Below, piece after piece: positions 58,869 to 64,000 of a stretch of 64,000 bases of DNA. The position numbers and the translations under genes are program-made. The number at the start of each line of letters is the position of its first letter. The first letter of the stretch is position 1. The notes under the pieces are model-generated. The model saw nothing but the letters and a program-made list of their open reading frames with translations, did not search any database and was not told the DNA's origin. The DNA lies in NCBI GenBank assembly GCA_016182085.1, contig JACOYB010000005.1:66061-130060 (forward strand). The letters run 5' to 3'. This DNA comes from Candidatus Magasanikiibacteriota bacterium (GTDB taxonomy: Bacteria > Patescibacteriota > Patescibacteriia > Magasanikbacterales > GWA2-37-8).

Positions 58869-59294
58869 TTACTTTAACAATGCCTTCAGCTGCTCTTGTC
58901 TGGCTGGATCCAGGTTAAATAATTTTATAACGGTATCAAAAGACGGCGTACTGGTGCTGTTTGCATTTCCCAAGAGGTCGCTATATCCTGACCAAAAATC
59001 GGCCAAAAGCGGCGGCAAAAAAAGAATCGCGGCAATGAGAGGCAGGAGTATCAGCAGAATCTTTACCCAACCACCGATCGCTATCCATAATAATTTATTA
59101 TTTATTTTACGGTTTTGTTCGTAGATAATCTGCGACCATTTTAAATTCTTTTCAATCAGTTCTTTTAGGGATGCTTCTGGTTGCACTGGCGATATGGTTT
59201 TATTTTTATCCAAAACCACAGCTGAATCTGCGGCTTGGTCTTCTTTTGGATTAGCCGGTTCTTCGGCACTGGGAGTTTGTTTATGCCTAAACAT
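58869..59294 (-). CDS. Hypothetical membrane protein
   Basis: Coiled coil then hydrophobic hairpin; in operon with nrdR/pyk. Confidence 0.7.
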   Translation of the reverse strand: MFRHKQTPSAEEPANPKEDQAADSAVVLDKNKTISPVQPEASLKELIEKNLKWSQIIYEQNRKINNKLLWIAIGGWVKILLILLPLIAAILFLPPLLADFWSGYSDLLGNANSTSTPSFDTVIKLFNLDPARQEQLKALLK

Positions 59295-59314
59295 AATACA
59301 AAGGCTTAATAAAA

Positions 59315-59779
59315 TTAAACTGGTTTCTTTTTAGAAGATAATTTTTTTAATTCTTTTTCAAAAGTTCGCACGTCTCTAAAGTCGCGATAGACGCTGGCAA
59401 ATCGGATATAGGCTACCTTGTCAAAGCCGCGCAGGTGTTTTATGACTACCTCTCCTAATTCTTTGCTGGAAATTTCTTTTGATTTCTTTTTTTGAATATC
59501 AAGTTCAATGGCATGTATCAAGCGATGAAAATTATCGCGGGTATAGGGGCGCTTGGTAAGCGACATTTTGATGCCATTTTCTATCTTATCACGCATATAT
59601 ATTTCTCTATGCCCATCGCCTTTTACAACAATTATATCTAAAAGCTCCATTTCTTCCACAGTAGAGAATCTATATTGACATTTGTCACATTCTCGGCGGC
59701 GGCGGATGGATAAATCGTCTTCAGCCGGACGGGTGTCCACGACACTGGTTTCGGTATTGTTACAAATTGGACAACGCAT
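59315..59779 (-). CDS. nrdR: Transcriptional repressor NrdR
   Basis: MRCP.C, IRRRREC..C..RFST, ATP cone, VAYIRFASVYR. Confidence 0.96.
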   Translation of the reverse strand: MRCPICNNTETSVVDTRPAEDDLSIRRRRECDKCQYRFSTVEEMELLDIIVVKGDGHREIYMRDKIENGIKMSLTKRPYTRDNFHRLIHAIELDIQKKKSKEISSKELGEVVIKHLRGFDKVAYIRFASVYRDFRDVRTFEKELKKLSSKKKPV

Positions 59780-59866
59780 AAATTTGATTTCTTGCAATTA
59801 TTATACCCTTAGCTTGTTTAAAAAACAACACCCTGATTAGGCGTTGCTTTTTATTTATTAATATAT

Positions 59867-61081
59867 TTATATACCCATTTTCTTCCTGATAAAGGCCGGT
59901 ATTTCCAAATCATCATCAGGATTTTTTTCCTTAGCTGGAGGGGTGATAGGATTTCGAGATAACGGGGTCGGAGTTACGGTAGGATTATGAATAATTTGTT
60001 TAAATTTCTTCTCTTCCTCTTCTTCATCCTTTTGTACTCGCCTCATGAAGTTGCTTGGCGCGTATTTGCTGCTGGAAAAAAATGACTGGGCAGGCTGCTC
60101 TTCTTCAACTGCAGAAAAATTAGCACGACGATCTTCAAAGCCAGTGGCAATCACCGCGATACGCATGCTGCCATTTAAGGATTCGTCAATCGTGGCGCCA
60201 AAAATAACTTTGGCATCCTCGGAAGCAGAGCTGGTAACAATCTTGGCCGCTTCGCTAACTTCACTCATGGTCATATCCGGGCCGCCAGTAATGGTAAATA
60301 AGATACCTCGGGCACCATCTATGGAAAGCTCCAGAAGCGGACTGGAAATAGCCATTTTCGCGGCGTCTATGGCCCTATTTTCACCCGTGCCACTGCCAAT
60401 ACCCATAAGGGCGGAGCCGGCATTATGCATAATAGTCTTTACGTCGGCAAAGTCTACGTTGATAAGACCGGGAATTGTAATAAGTTCGGCAATACCCTGA
60501 ACACCTTGACGTAAAATATCATCTACAATTTTAAATGATTCTAGAAGCGTGGTTTTTTTATCTATAATTTGTAAAATCCTGTCGTTGGGAATAGTAATAA
60601 TAGCATCTACATTTCGAGCCAATTGTTCCCAAGCTTTTTCAGCAATATCTCGGCGCTGCGGGCCTTCAAACGCAAACGGTTTGGTAACTACCGCTACGGT
60701 AAGTGATCCGGCTTCTTTAGCCACACCGGCAACTATCGGCGCGGCGCCCGAACCGGTTCCTCCGCCCAGTCCACAGGTAATAAAAACCATGTCTGCGTCT
60801 TTAACGATATCTCTAATTTCATTTTGACTTTCTTCGGCAGCTTTTTTACCAATTTCCGGATCCATGCCGGCGCCGAGTCCGCGGGTTACACTTTTACCAA
60901 TGTGGAGTTTGTGGGGAGCGGAATTATGGTGCAAAGCTTGCACATCGGTATTTAAAGCAATAAAATCCACGCCGCGAATATTGCTTCGCACCATGCGATT
61001 GATTGCCGAACCGCCTGATCCGCCAACGCCAATCACTTTTATTTTAGCAAATGTTTCTATATCAGGTTTTACTTGAGGCAT
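59867..61081 (-). CDS. ftsZ: Cell division protein FtsZ
   Basis: GVGGSG, GLGAG, GGGTGSG, INVDFADV, C-terminal LEIPAFIR. Confidence 0.98.
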   Translation of the reverse strand: MPQVKPDIETFAKIKVIGVGGSGGSAINRMVRSNIRGVDFIALNTDVQALHHNSAPHKLHIGKSVTRGLGAGMDPEIGKKAAEESQNEIRDIVKDADMVFITCGLGGGTGSGAAPIVAGVAKEAGSLTVAVVTKPFAFEGPQRRDIAEKAWEQLARNVDAIITIPNDRILQIIDKKTTLLESFKIVDDILRQGVQGIAELITIPGLINVDFADVKTIMHNAGSALMGIGSGTGENRAIDAAKMAISSPLLELSIDGARGILFTITGGPDMTMSEVSEAAKIVTSSASEDAKVIFGATIDESLNGSMRIAVIATGFEDRRANFSAVEEEQPAQSFFSSSKYAPSNFMRRVQKDEEEEEKKFKQIIHNPTVTPTPLSRNPITPPAKEKNPDDDLEIPAFIRKKMGI

Positions 61082-61189
61082 ACAATTATAGTTAAAGCTA
61101 AACTCTGAGTTATCTGCTTACAGTACTGTTGAACAAATTTTGTATTCAACATGCGCTTAAATAAAATAACGGGGCTTTCCCCGCTATAT

Positions 61190-61218
61190 AGTGTATAATT
61201 AAAAATTTTTACTGTCAA
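61190..61218 (-). promoter_or_regulatory. Sigma70-type promoter for ftsZ
   Basis: TTGACA-N17-TACACT on minus strand. Confidence 0.6.
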
Positions 61219-61253
61219 GAAAACTATTTCACTTAATGTGGACAACGAAATAC

Positions 61254-62519
61254 CTATGGTATGAGTGTTTTAAATAATTTTTTTACATGATCAAGTGCTT
61301 TACCCGTACCTCTAAAAACATCACCCACTCCCGACTTACCATACCCGCTGCCTGCCTGCATACTACTTCCCCATTTTACCAACCCCACAGCCGTGGCAAA
61401 ACCCAAATCATTCACTTTATCGGTAACGCTTATCACGTTAATCGGATATCCTAAATTAGTCGGCAAACGCAAAACTTTCTTAGATATTTCTACGAGCCCC
61501 GGAAGTTTGGCGCCAGCGCCGGTAAACATAACCCCGGCCGGAAGCAGGCCTGAACGTTGAATTTTTCTAAGTTCATTATCAATTTTTTGTAAAATCTCTT
61601 CCACGCGCGCGGAAATTATTTCGGTTAAATATTTCTTTTTAACAATATCGTGTTCCGGGGACCCCAATTCAAATAGATCTATCTCATCTTTTTTGGAAGT
61701 AAGATCAACCCGACAATCCCCATTTTCCAATTTTACACGCTCCGCAACATCTACCGACGTTCGCAGCCCTACGGCAATATCATTGGTAATGAGCTGGGAA
61801 CCGATTGGAATAATAGCTGTATGAATTAACTGCCCCTCTTCAAAAACGGCCAGACTGGTAGTTGACCCGCCAAGATTAACCACCATCACGCCTAATTCTT
61901 TCTGACGTTTAGTTACAACTGTTTCAGACGTGGCAATAATAGATAACACCAAGTCTTCAATATCAAGACCGGCGCGGTATACGGCTTTAGTTAAATTCTT
62001 TATTTGTGAAGATGAACCTAAAATTATTTGAGTGTCGACTTCCAAGCGTACGCCCGTCATTGAAGTTGGGTCTTTAATGCCCGACTGGCCATCAACCGTA
62101 TAATGCTTCGGCAGGACGTGCAGCACTTCATAATTAAGCGGTGTTGCGATTGATCTGGCGGCTTCTACAGCTCTTTGTATATCTTCTTCAGCTATTTCGT
62201 TATTGGCTTTGGAAACCGCAATCACACCTTTGCTGTTTTGGGACAAGATGTGCAGCCCGGATATCCCCACCCAGGTACTATCTACAGGAACCCCCACCAT
62301 TCTTTCCACTCTTTCCAAACATGCAGAAACGGAAGACACGACGTCTTCAATGCTATTTATTACCCCTTTTTGCACGCCATCTGAAGGAAATTCAGCTGCG
62401 CCTAAAATTTGCAATTCCTGGGCGCCAGCTTCTTTATCTATAAGCTGACCTACAACCATGCGCACAAAATTAGAGCCAATATCCAGTCCGCTAATTAAAT
62501 TGCCTTGATTTTTTCTCAT
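61254..62519 (-). CDS. ftsA: Cell division protein FtsA
   Basis: GLDIGS, GVRLE, NLGGSTT, TNDIA, AERVK, TGAGAKL; start MRKNQ (62519). Confidence 0.96.
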   Translation of the reverse strand: MRKNQGNLISGLDIGSNFVRMVVGQLIDKEAGAQELQILGAAEFPSDGVQKGVINSIEDVVSSVSACLERVERMVGVPVDSTWVGISGLHILSQNSKGVIAVSKANNEIAEEDIQRAVEAARSIATPLNYEVLHVLPKHYTVDGQSGIKDPTSMTGVRLEVDTQIILGSSSQIKNLTKAVYRAGLDIEDLVLSIIATSETVVTKRQKELGVMVVNLGGSTTSLAVFEEGQLIHTAIIPIGSQLITNDIAVGLRTSVDVAERVKLENGDCRVDLTSKKDEIDLFELGSPEHDIVKKKYLTEIISARVEEILQKIDNELRKIQRSGLLPAGVMFTGAGAKLPGLVEISKKVLRLPTNLGYPINVISVTDKVNDLGFATAVGLVKWGSSMQAGSGYGKSGVGDVFRGTGKALDHVKKLFKTLIP

Positions 62520-62737
62520 AAACGAAATGAGTGAGTGAAGTGACAAGCTTGCTTGATCACTTCCGAACGAATAAGTTTATATCGCGGATATAATCGAAAT
62601 GAGTGAGTGAAATGTCTGGCTTGCCAAGACATTTCCGAACGAATAAGTTTATATCTGCTATATAAACGAAATGAGTGAGTGAAGTGACAAGCTTGCTTGA
62701 TCACTTCCGAACGAATGAGTTTATACCACAGATATAA
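62518..62737. repeat. Three tandem 72-bp structured repeat units immediately upstream of ftsA
   Basis: CGAAATGAGTGAG begins at 62523, 62595 and 62667; each unit TATAAAC...GAA-hairpin-TTCCGAACGAAT..GTTTATA. Confidence 0.9.
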
Positions 62738-62759
62738 GTTTTATAGCTGGTCTATTATA

Positions 62760-63128
62760 TCACCATTTAAACAGGTCTTTCAAATAGGGGTACAGGATCA
62801 TAACTCCCACAACCAGAGCTACCAGGGAAGTTAGAAGCACCGCTCCAGCCATTACATCCTTGATTACATATACATAATGATGTAATCGGGGTTTGAGCAA
62901 ATCACTGAAATACTCAAAAACCGTATTTAAAATTTCTACGAGAAGCACCAGAAACACTAAAAGAATTACAAGTATCATTTCCCAGGTTTGCAGCGGTAAA
63001 AAAATTGCAGCTACTAAAACCAGCGCTCCTGCCACAACTTGAATTCTAAAATTTTGTTCTGATTTAAAAACATGCCCCAGTCCCCGGCCCGCGGCGGCAA
63101 AACTTTTTACTAATCTGGATAAAACCAT
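62760..63128 (-). CDS. dgkA: Diacylglycerol/undecaprenol kinase (DgkA family)
   Basis: SF..A..GL....E.NFRI, EILNT..E, KDVMAGAVL. Confidence 0.9.
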   Translation of the reverse strand: MVLSRLVKSFAAAGRGLGHVFKSEQNFRIQVVAGALVLVAAIFLPLQTWEMILVILLVFLVLLVEILNTVFEYFSDLLKPRLHHYVYVIKDVMAGAVLLTSLVALVVGVMILYPYLKDLFKW

Positions 63129-63132
63129 ACAG

Positions 63133-63561
63133 CTAGTTATTTAAAAAATCATCCACAATATTTTCTTGAATACCAAACATTACTTTTGCTTCCTTTTTTT
63201 CTATGTGGTCGTGGCCGATAATATGCAGAAAACCATGAGCGAGCATCCGCACAAACTCCTCTTCCGAATCTATACGAAGCTCTTTTGCCTGCTTTGCTAT
63301 TTGCGGATAAGAAATATAAATCTGCCCTAAATAACTTGATTTAATTATCTTATCTTCCTGCCAAGCAAAAGATAGAACATCGGTCGTTTTATTTAATCCT
63401 CTATAGTGAAAATTCAAACTTTTCATTTCCTTATCTCCTACGATGTTTACTTCCACTTCACCGTTTATTTTTGTATGCTTATAAATAAGTTTGAACACTT
63501 TTTTTATACCCTCCAAACTCCACGGATTTTTCACTCGTTTATTTAATTCAAAAGATAGCAT
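63133..63561 (-). CDS. ybeY: rRNA maturation endoribonuclease YbeY
   Basis: TDVLSF, LGQIYIS, HGFLHIIGHDH. Confidence 0.95.
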   Translation of the reverse strand: MLSFELNKRVKNPWSLEGIKKVFKLIYKHTKINGEVEVNIVGDKEMKSLNFHYRGLNKTTDVLSFAWQEDKIIKSSYLGQIYISYPQIAKQAKELRIDSEEEFVRMLAHGFLHIIGHDHIEKKEAKVMFGIQENIVDDFLNN

Positions 63562-63581
63562 GCTGGTATGGTTAATGATTA

Positions 63582-64000
63582 CTAACTGGAACTATCCATT
63601 GACGGAGGCATTTCATCGGGGAAATTATCCGAGGCCGAAGGCGCGGGAATAACTTCCGGAGGAATATGTCCAACACTCCTAAAGCTTCGGGCCATCATGA
63701 CAAGTACGGAACGGAAATTAACCGCATTAGAATCAGTGGTGTGGTAGACTAAAACATACACATGATTATTATCCGTGAAATAATAGACCAGATTATCCGC
63801 TCGGCTTTTGCCGGGTTCAACAAATTTAGTCTGAAAATCTTTTAGGTTCTGAAAATTTTCGTTTGGCGCCCACCTTGTAAACCAATCGCCAAAAGTCTGG
63901 TCTGGCAGCAGATCGAAGGTCCTTACCTCTATATTTTCACCGGTTAAGGTGCTAAATAGCACATCGCGCGAACTATCATCTACCGCACCGACTGCCCAAT
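63582..64000 (-). CDS. 3' part of hypothetical (probably exported) protein, truncated by window edge
   Basis: Frame stays open to position 64000; Pro/Ser-rich tail. Confidence 0.6.
   Translation of the reverse strand, partial: WAVGAVDDSSRDVLFSTLTGENIEVRTFDLLPDQTFGDWFTRWAPNENFQNLKDFQTKFVEPGKSRADNLVYYFTDNNHVYVLVYHTTDSNAVNFRSVLVMMARSFRSVGHIPPEVIPAPSASDNFPDEMPPSMDSSS

Noticed and set aside
2154-62448. Many 60-176 aa ORFs antisense to or nested in well-supported genes (e.g. 2154-2564, 9311-9826, 34653-35183, 60045-60500)
   Set aside because: Shadow ORFs without recognisable motifs.
62516-62704. 62-aa ORF and N-terminal extension of FtsA
   Set aside because: Translation of the 72-bp repeat; FtsA more plausibly starts at 62519.
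62518-62737. CRISPR array
   Set aside because: Variable parts are self-complementary, units 1 and 3 are near-identical, linkers are only about 7 nt, and no cas operon is present.

Overview
Chromosomal segment of a small-genome, AT-rich bacterium; gene content and style suggest Patescibacteria/CPR (inferred). TGA is used as a stop, so standard code 11. Positions 1-34 kb are a large surface-glycan locus: GT2/GT4/GT-C glycosyltransferases, Wzx flippase, O-antigen ligase/OTase, NDP-sugar enzymes, methyltransferases and AsnB. It holds three apparent glycan-acylation modules, including two tiny Tyr-motif membrane peptides missing from the ORF track (7230-7334, 8718-8879). Positions 35.6-39.4 kb are a small accessory island with an XRE/ImmA-type switch divergent from two DUF3892-like genes. 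Positions 39.4-64 kb are mostly housekeeping (PPIase, ftsB-like, murE, translin/TRAX-like, Elp3 plus a Trm9-like methyltransferase, glyA, pyk, nrdR, ftsZ, ftsA, dgkA, ybeY). The most unusual feature is at 41765-41996: a tRNA-Gly-type gene split into three pieces by two related GC-rich hairpin inserts, one of which contains a complete, divergent tRNA-Gly(CCC). A 72-bp structured repeat occurs as a 3-copy array abutting the ftsA start codon and as a single copy nested in another palindromic repeat. All calls are by eye from motifs; no database searches were run.
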